A stretch of DNA of 63,008 nucleotides, the filler included, from Octopus bimaculoides (taxonomy: Eukaryota): NCBI RefSeq assembly GCF_001194135.2. It is 4 parts of 4 records of this genome, joined end to end, with 100 filler letters (N's around TTAATTAATTAA, not from the genome) between each part and the next. Parts side by side here need not be neighbours in the genome. Positions count along the whole stretch, not along the records: positions 1 to 28,551 come from NC_068998.1; 3 more parts are not named here. One strand, written 5' to 3'. This document shows, piece by piece, positions 1 through 13,263 of this stretch. Made by a program: the position numbers and the translations under genes. The notes below the pieces were generated by a model that worked only from the letters and a program-made list of their open reading frames with translations, had not been told where the DNA came from and made no database searches. How positions within the stretch are numbered: the first letter of the stretch is position 1; each line of letters starts with the position of its first letter.

Positions 1-254
1 GCTTATTAGATATAAAGATTTTGAATTTTATAACAATAAAAAAATACATAGAATTAAATATTGTTGCTATAATTTTCATTTATTTTTTTCTTTCACTTCT
101 TTTTTTTTAATGTAATCTTCATTTATAGTCATTATATGATGTGTTCTGATCATACCACCGCTTTGCACAAATACTCATAATTTTTTTATGACCTCTGAGG
201 ATAAAGGAAATCTTAGAGTAGATGTATTTGTAATGGAGTTCATGTTATATTTTT

Positions 255-265
255 TTTTGTTGTTG

Positions 266-352
<87 letters not shown>

Positions 353-370
353 GTATTTATTATTATTATT
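255..370. repeat. (TTG)n/(TTA)n microsatellite downstream of the receptor
   Basis: Directly visible; explains the poly-Leu ORF 188-448. Confidence 0.95.
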
Positions 371-699
371 GTCTATGTGTATTATTTCCATAGTTCAATG
401 AAATCGTTGCAAAGAACAGAATTCAGAATTCAAAACTGCCATCTTTAGATGATGTGTCGGTGGGATTTTTGGTTACCTTTCACCAAATTCTCCTGACATT
501 GTTTAACTGAAACAAAAACAAGAAAATAAAAACAGGACAAAATGAACAGACAAAGAAAATATTTCACGAAACCACACTTAAATGTTAGCACGCATTTTAC
601 CTCTTTTGATTTAGAAAAAAAAATGTTTTTCTGTTTGTTTATTGTATTTTTTTTTATTTTTAAAGTCATTGTTATATTTCATCTAATTTTTATAACGAG

Positions 700-1824
700 T
701 TATACTGGTTGCCTCCGGGTGTCTACACTTAGATGAACGCTTGTCATGTCTTTGTGGTCTGAGATATTCGTAGCATAGTTTAAATGAACGACGTCGGAAT
801 CTTGCCGGAAACAACGGCATTTTTCAAGTTTGAGCAGTTTGATGAAAGCGTTTCTAAAGTCTCTATTGAAGTAAGCATAGATTATAGGGTTTAGACAGGA
901 ATTAAAGTAACCGATCCAGAAGAGTGTAGAACTCAATACGGGGGGATAAGGGCAAGCTTCTTGGCAGATGTTTGTGATTACATACCAGGAGAAGAACGGC
1001 ATGAAGCAAGCGAGAAATGCACCCATTATGATCCCTAGCGTTTTAGCTGCTTTATGTTCTCGCTTTATCCGCTTGCGTTCATTTCTTTGTTCTGACGTAT
1101 CCGTATATCGACTTCCGTTGGCCAATAGGCCACTATGATAGTTCGTGTGGAGCATCACTGTCGATTGAATAGCGTGCTCTTGTCTGCGAGCTTCCAAATA
1201 TATTTTTACATACAGACAAACCATTATCGCGCCAGGTATCCAAAACGATACGAAAGACGACATAACTGCATATTGAGTGTTGACTACGAACGGGCATGTG
1301 TTCGTTGAATTGTACAGCTCCAAAACATTTTCTTTGGTGGTGTAGAGCTGAGAATGAACAGGAATGTAAGATATACACACTGAAGACACCCATGTTATAA
1401 CGAGCATCACTAATACTCGTACCCTCGTCATATGAGAATCATATTTTAACGGGTACATTATAGCTATATAACGATCCATACTGATACAACAAAGATGCAA
1501 AATGGAAGCCGTACTGAAAAGAACGTCGTTCGCATTAAATATATCACACATAGTACGGCCGAAAAACCATTGGCCGTTCATGATTTCGATACTAGCACTA
1601 AACGGCATGACCATTAAGGCGACTAATAAGTCTGCAAACGCCAATGACACAATGAAATAGTTCGTTAACACTCGTAGACGATAGAATTTATACACGCTAA
1701 TTATGACCAGAAAGTTCCCGAAAACAGCACACACCATTATAGCAACCATTGCTATAGACCTGAAAATAAAGAGGAAATCAAGTGAAGATTCCTCTACAGA
1801 AGTTTCGTTTGCGAAGTCAGCCAT
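700..1824 (-). CDS. Class A aminergic GPCR, beta-adrenergic-like octopamine receptor (Octbeta type), 374 aa, intronless CDS
   Basis: Seven hydrophobic segments with family motifs: TM1 GN, TM2 SLAFADLL, TM3 NANDVLFSTASILHLCCISMDRY (amine-binding D3.32 and DRY), TM5 SSFVSFWIP serines, REHKAAKTLGIIMG before TM6, TM7 FWIGYFNSCLNPIIYAYFNRDFR. Short third intracellular loop. N-glycosylation sequon NET near the N-terminus. Start context aaacATGG. Subtype assignment is from recalled family features. Confidence 0.92.
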   Translation of the reverse strand: MADFANETSVEESSLDFLFIFRSIAMVAIMVCAVFGNFLVIISVYKFYRLRVLTNYFIVSLAFADLLVALMVMPFSASIEIMNGQWFFGRTMCDIFNANDVLFSTASILHLCCISMDRYIAIMYPLKYDSHMTRVRVLVMLVITWVSSVCISYIPVHSQLYTTKENVLELYNSTNTCPFVVNTQYAVMSSFVSFWIPGAIMVCLYVKIYLEARRQEHAIQSTVMLHTNYHSGLLANGSRYTDTSEQRNERKRIKREHKAAKTLGIIMGAFLACFMPFFSWYVITNICQEACPYPPVLSSTLFWIGYFNSCLNPIIYAYFNRDFRNAFIKLLKLEKCRCFRQDSDVVHLNYATNISDHKDMTSVHLSVDTRRQPV

Positions 1825-2930
1825 GTTTGTTCAGCATGCAGTTTGATTTATTTGCATTTGTTGTAAGTTTATTTCAAATTTGTATTTAAACTTTTAAAAT
1901 TCCAGGCAGTTTTTTTTAGAATTTTTTAATATTATCTATCGGAGCCAACAAAACTGTACTAGTCTTTTATTTGTATCAGAGATTNNNNNNNNNNNNNNNN
2001 NNNNNNNNNNNNNNNNNNNNNNNNNNNNNNNNNNNNNNNNNNNNNNNNNNNNNNNNNNNNNNNNNNNNNNNNNNNNNNNNNNNNNNNNNNNNNNNNNNNN
2101 NNNNNNNNNNNNNNNNNNNNNNNNNNNNNNNNNNNNNNNNNNNNNNNNNNNNNNNNNNNNNNNNNNNNNNNNNNNNNNNNNNNNNNNNNNNNNNNNNNNN
2201 NNNNNNNNNNNNNNNNNNNNNNNNNNNNNNNNNNNNNNNNNNNNNNNNNNNNNNNNNNNNNNNNNNNNNNNNNNNNNNNNNNNNNNNNNNNNNNNNNNNN
2301 NNNNNNNNNNNNNNNNNNNNNNNNNNNNNNNNNNNNNNNNNNNNNNNNNNNNNNNNNNNNNNNNNNNNNNNNNNNNNNNNNNNNNNNNNNNNNNNNNNNN
2401 NNNNNNNNNNNNNNNNNNNNNNNNNNNNNNNNNNNNNNNNNNNNNNNNNNNNNNNNNNNNNNNNNNNNNNNNNNNNNNNNNNNNNNNNNNNNNNNNNNNN
2501 NNNNNNNNNNNNNNNNNNNNNNNNNNNNNNNNNNNNNNNNNNNNNNNNNNNNNNNNNNNNNNNNNNNNNNNNNNNNNNNNNNNNNNNNNNNNNNNNNNNN
2601 NNNNNNNNNNNNNNNNNNNNNNNNNNNNNNNNNNNNNNNNNNNNNNNNNNNNNNNNNNNNNNNNNNNNNNNNNNNNNNNNNNNNNNNNNNNNNNNNNNNN
2701 NNNNNNNNNNNNNNNNNNNNNNNNNNNNNNNNNNNNNNNNNNNNNNNNNNNNNNNNNNNNNNNNNNNNNNNNNNNNNNNNNNNNNNNNNNNNNNNNNNNN
2801 NNNNNNNNNNNNNNNNNNNNNNNNNNNNNNNNNNNNNNNNNNNNNNNNNNNNNNNNNNNNNNNNNNNNNNNNNNNNNNNNNNNNNNNNNNNNNNNNNNNN
2901 NNNNNNNNNNNNNNNNNNNNNNNATATAGA

Positions 2931-2989
<59 letters not shown>

Positions 2990-4048
2990 TTCAAGTATAT
3001 TATATTCGTATGTATACTATTATCTATTAATGCAAACGTGAAATTGCTGAAACAGCTAGTACATGGTTACTAAAGCACTTATGTATGCCGCCACCAATTG
3101 TCTCATTTACTTTTATACAACGTATGTCTTCTCTACGTTCGGAATACCTCAATAACATGAAGAAATATTAGATTAGCAAAAGTCTTGTAGCTATCTTATC
3201 GTTGATGGAGTTAGTTTTTGTTCCTTCAGTTTATTATTATTATTATCATTATCATTATTATAATAATTATTATTATTATCAGCGATATTTGCATTTGTTT
3301 GTAGATGGCTATCACGTTTCTATCATCTTTTCAATTTAACCCACTTGCTGTGATGATAAAATCTTCTTGCATAATTTCACTTGAAATTGTTCCAGAACGA
3401 TCCTAGCATGAATTCCAATCTCTTTTTATTATTCATTGCTTCGTTTTAAAATTTGTTGATTTTACATTTTGTCCTTTTAGTTTTCCAAATAGTTTATATA
3501 AAATGAGATTATGCTTATAAAACAAATTTCAAGAAGTTACATTGAAATTATTTGTCAAAAAGAGGACAAAGATTATTCAAATGCCGTAAAATTCTCAAAA
3601 GAAATAGTTATAAAGAAATCCAGTGTTCTGTCGGTTTATAATAATTTTTCCACGTATTTTCTCCAAACATATTATTATATGTGTTACTGTTGCTATTGTT
3701 GTTGTTCTTGTTGTAGTTGTTGTTTTATCTCTTTCGTATATTTATCAATGGTAGTGCTTAAATCAGTCGTAATGCTTGACTCCTCGAGTAAAACATTAAT
3801 TTTACAAGAATCATTAAGTCGCAATATTTTGTAGATTTTGGTATTTTCGATTCACCACTCCATTATTGTCATAGAATTGTCATAAAATGTCTTCCTCAAC
3901 ATAACTTTGACGATGATACGAGCGGAGTAAATTGAAATGAAATTCATTTAACAGCGTATATTTACTCTCGTTCCGGTTCTTGCTCTTTATAGTTTGAAGT
4001 TACAGCCTATACATACTCTGTCTCTCGTACAATACTACGTATACATAC

Positions 4049-4093
<45 letters not shown>

Positions 4094-6303
4094 NNNNNNN
4101 NNNNNNNNNNNNNNNNNNNNNNNNNNNNNNNNNNNNNNNNNNNNNNNNNNNNNNNNNNNNNNNNNNNNNNNNNNNNNNNNNNNNNNNNNNNNNNNNNNNN
4201 NNNNNNNNNNNNNNNNNNNNNNNNNNNNNNNNNNNNNNNNNNNNNNNNNNNNNNNNNNNNNNNNNNNNNNNNNNNNNNNNNNNNNNNNNNNNNNNNNNNN
4301 NNNNNNNNNNNNNNNNNNNNNNNNNNNNNNNNNNNNNNNNNNNNNNNNNNNNNNNNNNNNNNNNNNNNNNNNNNNNNNNNNNNNNNNNNNNNNNNNNNNN
4401 NNNNNNNNNNNNNNNNNNNNNNNNNNNNNNNNNNNNNNNNNNNNNNNNNNNNNNNNNNNNNNNNNNNNNNNNNNNNNNNNNNNNNNNNNNNNNNNNNNNN
4501 NNNNNNNNNNNNNNNNNNNNNNNNNNNNNNNNNNNNNNNNNNNNNNNNNNNNNNNNNNNNNNNNNNNNNNNNNNNNNNNNNNNNNNNNNNNNNNNNNNNN
4601 NNNNNNNNNNNNNNNNNNNNNNNNNNNNNNNNNNNNNNNNNNNNNNNNNNNNNNNNNNNNNNNNNNNNNNNNNNNNNNNNNNNNNNNNNNNNNNNNNNNN
4701 NNNNNNNNNNNNNNNNNNNNNNNNNNNNNNNNNNNNNNNNNNNNNNNNNNNNNNNNNNNNNNNNNNNNNNNNNNNNNNNNNNNNNNNNNNNNNNNNNNNN
4801 NNNNNNNNNNNNNNNNNNNNNNNNNNNNNNNNNNNNNNNNNNNNNNNNNNNNNNNNNNNNNNNNNNNNNNNNNNNNNNNNNNNNNNNNNNNNNNNNNNNN
4901 NNNNNNNNNNNNNNNNNNNNNNNNNNNNNNNNNNNNNNNNNNNNNNNNNNNNNNNNNNNNNNNNNNNNNNNNNNNNNNNNNNNNNNNNNNNNNNNNNNNN
5001 NNNNNNNNNNNNNNATATATATATATATATATATATAATAGAAGAGAGAGAAGAAAGAGAGATAGAGACAGACAGATGGATTGATAGGTAGTAAGTTAGT
5101 AATAAATTATCGGTGCCTACTTAGTATTACCATACAGTTTCTTTACTGAAATACACACAAGCGCACAAACTAGTTGGTATGATAGAGAGAGAATCAGGAA
5201 GAGATTATGTGTCTTTATATGAGTGTGTAATCCAGATGCTTGCGTGCGTGTCTAAGGGGGGAGGTGTGTTAAATTGATAAGAGAAATATTTAAAAACTTC
5301 TTTTAAATGTCAAAGAAAATATGAAATTATTAAGATATTCTTTTGTATTCTATTGTATTGTATTTACTACTGTGTTATATGAGTTGATAAAATATTAAGG
5401 CGTCACTTGTCATGTGTGTATATATAAATATATATAGAGAGGTGTGTATGCCTGTATATGTGCTTATATCTTTTACTTAGTCCTATGGCTTCCTCACATA
5501 TCCCTACGTATTTCTTGGTATTTTAATTCTTCATTTAACCTGCTAAATATCATATCAGATGGACAATATAGACTCACATACATGTGTATCTGTGTGTGTG
5601 TGTGTGTGTGTGCAAATGTATTATTTCCTTGTTACGTTAGTGCTGATGTGTGAGTGTGAATGTGTGTGTGTGCTTTTGTATGTATTTAAAATACGATCAT
5701 TTTCTGTTGATGCGAGGGTGCGCTCATATGTTCAAACCATGCTGGGTCTAATAAGATTTTATTATTTTGTGATGATAGGGCGCTCTGCTCTTTTCTTCTT
5801 GATATTTTTGCTGTGAAATTCTTGTTTTCTCCTATATGCGTATAATTTGGTTGTTTAAAAAATAGACATTTTAAATATATTTATCTACATGGTGGGTAAA
5901 TTTTTGTTTAATGCAATCTCCTTTGGTAGCAGTGTTCCAGCGTGGGCTGTCATTTAATAATTTTTTAACTTAAAATTAAAGTAATCAAATATACACATAT
6001 ATACATATATAATATATGTATGTATTTATGTATGCATGTATCTATGTATGAATATGTGTGCGAATTAAAATATTTTTCTTTCAAGCACGATATTCACTGA
6101 TATTCTTTAGGTACTCCGCATAGAAATACATCCAATTCGGCAAAATAAGAACTTAATAATATGATTTTCATGAATATAATTTTTTTTTCCTTCTTCTTTT
6201 GACAGGTCATTCTGTCATAATGCTTTTGTTCAGTATATAGAAATATATCCACATTCATATATCCCGGAGTATTTAGCGATTACCATAAAACTGGCTTGAA
6301 TAA

Positions 6304-6362
<59 letters not shown>

Positions 6363-6497
6363 NNNNNNNNNNACCAGAAACTTGGTCAATTTCTTTCAAA
6401 GAATTCTTATAAATTTCCGTGTGCAGAGTAGTGGAAAATTCCAGAATAGTTTCTTTGATATACTTTTAATGTAACACTTCTGTTGATAGTAACAGAA

Positions 6498-6557
<60 letters not shown>

Positions 6558-7434
6558 TTTGCTTTATAAATAATTCAAGTCTGAGGGGGGGAAATGGTTT
6601 TTAATAAAAATGGAACACTAGACTAGGAGAATTATATTTTTATACATATGTGTCTTTGAAGGTATTAATCTTTTCTTTTGTACATAATTCGTGTTAATAA
6701 ATATATTATAAATTTCACTTATAGTCGTATTAATACTATTAATAATAGAATTATTGTCATTGTTAGCAAAAATATTAATAACAACGATGGTGAAGATAAA
6801 TTTGGTGAGAATGGAGAGATATGTATATGTTTCTTGCGCATACTTTCCAAAAATAACTTCTCAAGTTTTCGTTCTTATCTTGAAGCTACATAAAAAATAT
6901 TTCACTCAATTTTAGTTTGAGAAATCCACAATTGTTTGGTAGTTTCAAAGAAGTACATTCAAGAGGAAATTAAAATATTTACACTTTTCAGTAGACGGTG
7001 TCGAGCAGCTAGCTTCTTCCATGAAAAAATATAGGAGTATATAACACAACAGTTATACTTTTGCTTATTTTCACATTAATTGGTTCAGTCGGAAAATTTC
7101 ACGTGCCTCGATGAAATAAAATGTTTGAGTGAAATTTCAGTTTGGATTAAATTCAAAATATCCACGTTTATTTTTAAAACAAATTTCTGGTCCGATGCAA
7201 AAATTAGAAGCAGGGGTTCTTTTGTGTTCGTTGTTAAATAGTATGCATTTCCTATATCATACATAGGTATTTCGTGACAAAATGATTTATGAACTATGAA
7301 TAAATACTGGTTCGATTATTGCACATTATTATCATCGTAAAAAGAATTGCAGGTTATAATAATAGTTAGGGTTCAATTGGTTCAACTTATTGTTTATTAC
7401 GCCTTGGTGATATGTATAACAGTATACATATATA

Positions 7435-7489
<55 letters not shown>

Positions 7490-8999
7490 TTATATATATT
7501 AGTACTTGGATAATTCTTTTTGTTTTTCGGTAATTGAGTTTTCAATACATTTCATTTTCTTCTCGTGTTTTGAAGAGGATATTCGGTAATGCCTTTTTTT
7601 AATTTTAATTAATTCCTCCAAAGGTAATATAAATATATTTATATATATCTTTATCCGTAAGAAATATTCTGGGCAAAGCAAGAGCAAATATATGCAAGTT
7701 CGTTGCTGAAGATAATGATAATAATAACAATAATAATAATGATAGTAGTAGTAGTAGGAGGAGGAGGAGGAGGAACGACAAAGGAAAATAGTGTTTCTTA
7801 GCGGTGATAGTAATAATTATAGAAGCAAGTCATTTGCTATAGGTCATCTCTGACCAGAAAGAAACGAGAAAAGTTAAAAAGACAGAACTCATCCAGGTTT
7901 ACTGCTTGTTGACTAATGCGCAAACACTAAAACGTAAACTGAACTGCTGTTAGATGTTAATTATTATCAACGTATCATATAATTGATTGGTATTCTTATT
8001 GCAATGCTTATTGAAGTTAATTAACTTCGGCTGGATGAAACAAGTGTAACAGGAAAAGCTGGAATGAATTCGATATAATTCATATTGCACTATGCTTACG
8101 TTGTGGTGACAAGGGCAAAATTTACGAAATCACAAGACGTGGTATTTTCATATATCACAGACGGTATTTAGATGAGAAAAATATAGGAACACACAGAAAC
8201 ACATATGTGTGGTTGTGTGTATATACGTTTATATATGAGTGTGTGTGCTTATTGACATAAGCGGGTAGTTAAGGTGAGGAATATGTGTCTTTGTGGGTGT
8301 ATATATGCGTGATTTGAAATTTCTTATCAAATGTAAAAGAAAATGGCATATAATCCGCTGTTTTTTCTTTTATTAACGACGAAAGATAATCCTCTTTATA
8401 CTACTTTAATTCTTTCTTTTCAAGCAATCTTGTTTGGCTTCGATATTCCTGGTTGCATAGATATTCAGCTTGGAACTCAATCAATTTAGTTTGTCATCCA
8501 ATGTTGCCGCCAAATAATCATCCATTGAGATGGTTTACTTGCATACCATTTCCAAGCTTCCTAGAAATAAACAATAAATAATAATGAATAAATGATATAA
8601 ACAATCAATAACAATAAGAATATATAGGTAAAAAAAATGATTTCGGTCAGAATTTCATTTCTAACCATAAATGTACAGTATTTACTAGATTCATTGAATT
8701 AGTCTATAAATGAAACTTTAGAAATATTACTTTCTCAGGTTTGCTAGTGGTGGTATTGAAACTGGAACCTCATGATTGCAAAGCAAACATCTTATTCATT
8801 CAGTATTACCGCGCATAGGATAAAATCAACTCTATTTTTTAGAGTAAATACGTTAAATGAAAAGTGATTGGAGAAAATTTAATATTAGAGAAAAATGTTA
8901 ATTGGATAAGGTTTTCTTTTTGTTCAGTATTCAGTTTAAACAGATCACGACCATGAAACGAAATTTAATTAGTATTAATAATTACTATTTTTTTTACGT

Positions 9000-9410
9000 T
9001 TCAGTGTTCAAATCTCCCCAACGTCGACTATCATTGTCATCTTTACGGGGTCGATAAACTAAATATCAGTCGTGTGCGGAGGTCGATGAAATGAGGTAAA
9101 TGCCTACACCCTAAAATTTCTGACCTCTTACAATTGCTACTGTTGTTGTTGTTGTTCTTCTTCTTCTTGTTCTTGTTCTTGTTGTTCTTCTTCTGCTTCT
9201 TCTTCTTGTTAAGGCGGCGGGCTAGCAGAATCGTTAGCAGTATTTCGTCTGTCTGCCACGTTCTAAGTTCAAATGCCACCGGGATCGACTTTGCCTTTCA
9301 TTCTTTCAAGGTCGATAAATCAAGTACCAGTTACGAACTGGGGTCGGTGTAATTGTCTCATCCTTTTCCCCACTATTTCAGGCCCGGTGACTAAAGTAGA
9401 AAGGATTATT
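9000..9410 (+). mobile_element. Two tandem copies of the short SINE family B, separated by a (GTT)/(CTT) microsatellite
   Basis: Family core gttcaaat..ccg..ggtcgactttgcctttcat..ggtcgataaa..agtaccag is present at about 9260-9340 and, more decayed, at 9000-9070. Confidence 0.75.
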
Positions 9411-11273
9411 ATTACTATCGCCTAGGTGGCGGTGTGTTTTTGGAGCGCTGTAAGTTTATATTTAATTCACTTCTTTTAAAAGGTTCTCTACTTTATTTTG
9501 TTGGTTAAATCATTTTGCAAGTTAGCTGCCCTTATGGGGTGCTGACGTTTGTTAGTCAAAGCTCCATTTTGGGGGTGATACAAAGCTTTTTGCTTACAAA
9601 TTTCTTCGAAAATTTGCTTCGAAGAAAGTAAACATTGAAAGAGAGAGTGAGAATGGAAGGTGGTACGGCAATTTGCACGAGGACTTCCCCGTCCTCCCCG
9701 CCATAATTGGTACTAGACAGCAGGAAGAAGAAGAAGAAGAAGACGTGAAGTGGCAAGAAAAGATAAAAGAAGAGGAAAAGAAGATAGAAAGCGAGAGGAA
9801 GGAGTAACGTTTTCCTCACTGCATGGTAATTGTATTAGCAGACACAACAATATTGAAAGTGACTGCGAAGCGCCTAACAAAAATGGAGTTAACGATTGGA
9901 AAGAAACTTTCACAAATATCATGGCAGCTAAAAATGGGTTAACATCTCATGGAGAGCAAAATAGAGATACTAAACAAGGTTGCAGAATTTATGAAAATTA
10001 ATAGAAAGGTGGCAGAATTGACATCTCGAAGGAACAGCTAAATGAACAGTCGTCTGCCGGTGTGTAAACACAAAGACAAGGAAGCTCGAAAATGCTGAAC
10101 GGGACCAGATGGAAAAAGTCCATCGAAAGTGGACAGGTGGAGACATCAATAACCGATGGTTTGGTGGGGGGGGGGGCTAAGACGGGCGTTTAGAGTAGGT
10201 ATGACGCACAAATTGTGAGATAGGGAATATGTGTATGGATATTTACTTACTTTAACGGGTTATCTATATATGCCTTGAATTACAATATTTTCTGTAANNN
10301 NNNNNNNNNNNNNNNNNNNNNNNNNNNNNNNNNNNNNNNNNNNNNNNNNNNNNNNNNNNNNNNNNNNNNNNNNNNNNNNNNNNNNNNNNNNNNNNNNNNN
10401 NNNNNNNNNNNNNNNNNNNNNNNNNNNNNNNNNNNNNNNNNNNNNNNNNNNNNNNNNNNNNNNNNNNNNNNNNNNNNNNNNNNNNNNNNNNNNNNNNNNN
10501 NNNNNNNNNNNNNNNNNNNNNNNNNNNNNNNNNNNNNNNNNNNNNNNNNNNNNNNNNNNNNNNNNNNNNNNNNNNNNNNNNNNNNNNNNNNNNNNNNNNN
10601 NNNNNNNNNNNNNNNNNNNNNNNNNNNNNNNNNNNNNNNNNNNNNNNNNNNNNNNNNNNNNNNNNNNNNNNNNNNNNNNNNNNNNNNNNNNNNNNNNNNN
10701 NNNNNNNNNNNNNNNNNNNNNNNNNNNNNNNNNNNNNNNNNNNNNNNNNNNNNNNNNNNNNNNNNNNNNNNNNNNNNNNNNNNNNNNNNNNNNNNNNNNN
10801 NNNNNNNNNNNNNNNNNNNNNNNNNNNNNNNNNNNNNNNNNNNNNNNNNNNNNNNNNNNNNNNNNNNNNNNNNNNNNNNNNNNNNNNNNNNNNNNNNNNN
10901 NNNNNNNNNNNNNNNNNNNNNNNNNNNNNNNNNNNNNNNNNNNNNNNNNNNNNNNNNNNNNNNNNNNNNNNNNNNNNNNNNNNNNNNNNNNNNNNNNNNN
11001 NNNNNNNNNNNNNNNNNNNNNNNNNNNNNNNNNNNNNNNNNNNNNNNNNNNNNNNNNNNNNNNNNNNNNNNNNNNNNNNNNNNNNNNNNNNNNNNNNNNN
11101 NNNNNNNNNNNNNNNNNNNNNNNNNNNNNNNNNNNNNNNNNNNNNNNNNNNNNNNNNNNNNNNNNNNNNNNNNNNNNNNNNNNNNNNNNNNNNNNNNNNN
11201 NNNNNNNNNNNNNNNNNNNNNNNNNNNNNNNNNNNNNNNNNNNNNNNNNNNNNNNNNNNNNNNNNNNNNNTAA

Positions 11274-11715
11274 TAATTATTATTATTATTATTCAGTAGT
11301 TTTATTTTTATAACGTGCTTTCACTTCACTACCGAGCGCAGCTCTGTGCGCCTTGGGTATGTGCTGTGGTTTGCTGTGGTGCTCTTATGTTTACTGTATT
11401 GAAAGTGTTTTGCGTAGAATGTGTGCAGTACCCAGTAGTGCAATTTTCTGTATGTTATATATATTTGTAAGTCCTGGTGTTTTTGTTATGTATTTGTCTG
11501 AATATTTTTTTTATTATACCTAAGGCACCTACTATGATAGGAATTGTTTCTGTTTTTAGATTCCACATTCGAGTTATCTCTATTTCCAGGTCTTTGTATT
11601 TTGAAAGTTTTTCCATTTCTTTTAGAGAAACGTTGTCATCTGCTGGTATTGAAACATCAATTAGAAGGCATTTTTTTCCTTCGTTGTTGTTTTTTGTTTA
11701 CAAAATACAACGTTT
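11274..11715 (-). mobile_element. 3' end of an R4/Dong-clade non-LTR retrotransposon (restriction-like endonuclease C-terminus, 3' UTR, (TAA)n tail)
   Basis: Minus-strand translation with one frameshift: KKCLLIDVSIPADDNVSL..EKLSKYKDLEIEITRMWNLKTETIPIIVGALGIIKK..IQKIALLGTAHILRKTLSIQ*. This matches the RLE-domain pattern (DV.IP.D, EK..KY..L, IP.I.GALG). The element ends in AAT repeats. Confidence 0.8.
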
Positions 11716-12600
11716 CATCCACCTTTATTTTCTGAGTTCAAATTCCGCCGATGTCGGTTTGGTTTTCATCCTCCTGAGCTCCAAAAAATATAGTACAATT
11801 CGAGCACTGGGTCAATTCAATCGACTATCCCCTATAAACACTGTGGTTGATTCTTTCGACTAAAAATCCTTCAATGTAGTGCCTCAGCATTACCATAGTC
11901 TAATGACTGAAACAAGAAACGATAAAGATATTCTCATACATACATACATACATGCCTACATACACACATATATACATACATACATACATACATTCATGCA
12001 TATATATATATATATANNNNNNNNNNNNNNNNNNNNNNNNNNNNNNNNNNNNNNNNNNNNNNNNNNNNNNNNNNNNNNNNNNNNNNNNNNNNNNNNNNNN
12101 NNNNNNNNNNNNNNNNNNNNNNNNNNNNNNNNNNNNNNNNNNNNNNNNNNNNNNNNNNNNNNNNNNNNNNNNNNNNNNNNNNNNNNNNNNNNNNNNNNNN
12201 NNNNNNNNNNNNNNNNNNNNNNNNNNNNNNNNNNNNNNNNNNNNNNNNNNNNNNNNNNNNNNNNNNNNNNNNNNNNNNNNNNNNNNNNNNNNNNNNNNNN
12301 NNNNNNNNNNNNNNNNNNNNNNNNNNNNNNNNNNNNNNNNNNNNNNNNNNNNNNNNNNNNNNNNNNNNNNNNNNNNNNNNNNNNNNNNNNNNNNNNNNNN
12401 NNNNNNNNNNNNNNNNNNNNNNNNNNNNNNNNNNNNNNNNNNNNNNNNNNNNNNNNNNNNNNNNNNNNNNNNNNNNNNNNNNNNNNNNNNNNNNNNNNNN
12501 NNNNNNNNNNNNNNNNNNNNNNNNNNNNNNNNNNNNNNNNNNNNNNNNNNNNNNNNNNNNNNNNNNNNNNNNNNNNNNNNNNNNNNNNNNNNNNNNNNNN

Positions 12601-12721
12601 CTAGTACTTATTCTATCGGTCACTTTTGCCGAACCGCTAAGTTACGGGGACGAAACGCACCACCATCGGTTGTCAACTGATGTTAGGGGGACAAACACGG
12701 ACACATAAACACACACACACG

Positions 12722-12777
<56 letters not shown>

Positions 12778-12953
12778 AATGCATATATACGACGGGCTTC
12801 TTTCAGTTTCCGTCTACCAAATCCACTCAAGGCCTTGGTCGGCCCGAGGCTATAATAGAAGGCACTTGCCCAAGTTGCCACGCAATGGGAATGAACCCGG
12901 AACCTTGTGGTTGGTAAGCAAGCTACTTTCCACACAGACACTCCTGTGCCTAT
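12601..12953 (-). mobile_element. tRNA-derived CORE-like SINE family A (internal CA/TA microsatellite), truncated by a gap
   Basis: Minus strand reads a tRNA-like head with A/B-box-like elements, then ttgggcaagtgccttcta (CORE-like). Same sequence family as 25757-26235 and 40578-40905. Confidence 0.85.
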
Positions 12954-13263
12954 ATACATATATAAAGTTGGAAAAGGCACAAAAGTAGAGAATGTTCAAT
13001 AATTTTCTTTAAATATTTTTCTTCAAAATATAGCCGGATTCGATGTATCCATCTTATCAAATATTAAAAAGAACTTTTTAAGAAGTCAATGAGAAAGAAA
13101 AATGGAGGTTAACAGTTTTTACCCATGTTTTTAATATTTGATAAGATGGATCCATGGAAACCGGTTATGTTTTAAATCACTCAGTTTAACAAAAAATATA
13201 AAACATTCACAAAAATATACTTTTGCGCGTTTTCTAACTTTATTTAATTTCTGTAACAATATA

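Noticed and set aside
1936-5091. Long ORFs made of X (also at 10275, 11879, 30160, 40767, 43870, 52305 and 59459)
   Set aside because: They only span N gaps and flanking (TA)n; not coding evidence.
8390-8580. Possible 5' UTR exon of the receptor (good minus-strand acceptor at 8562-8561)
   Set aside because: No convincing donor was found; cannot be supported without RNA data.
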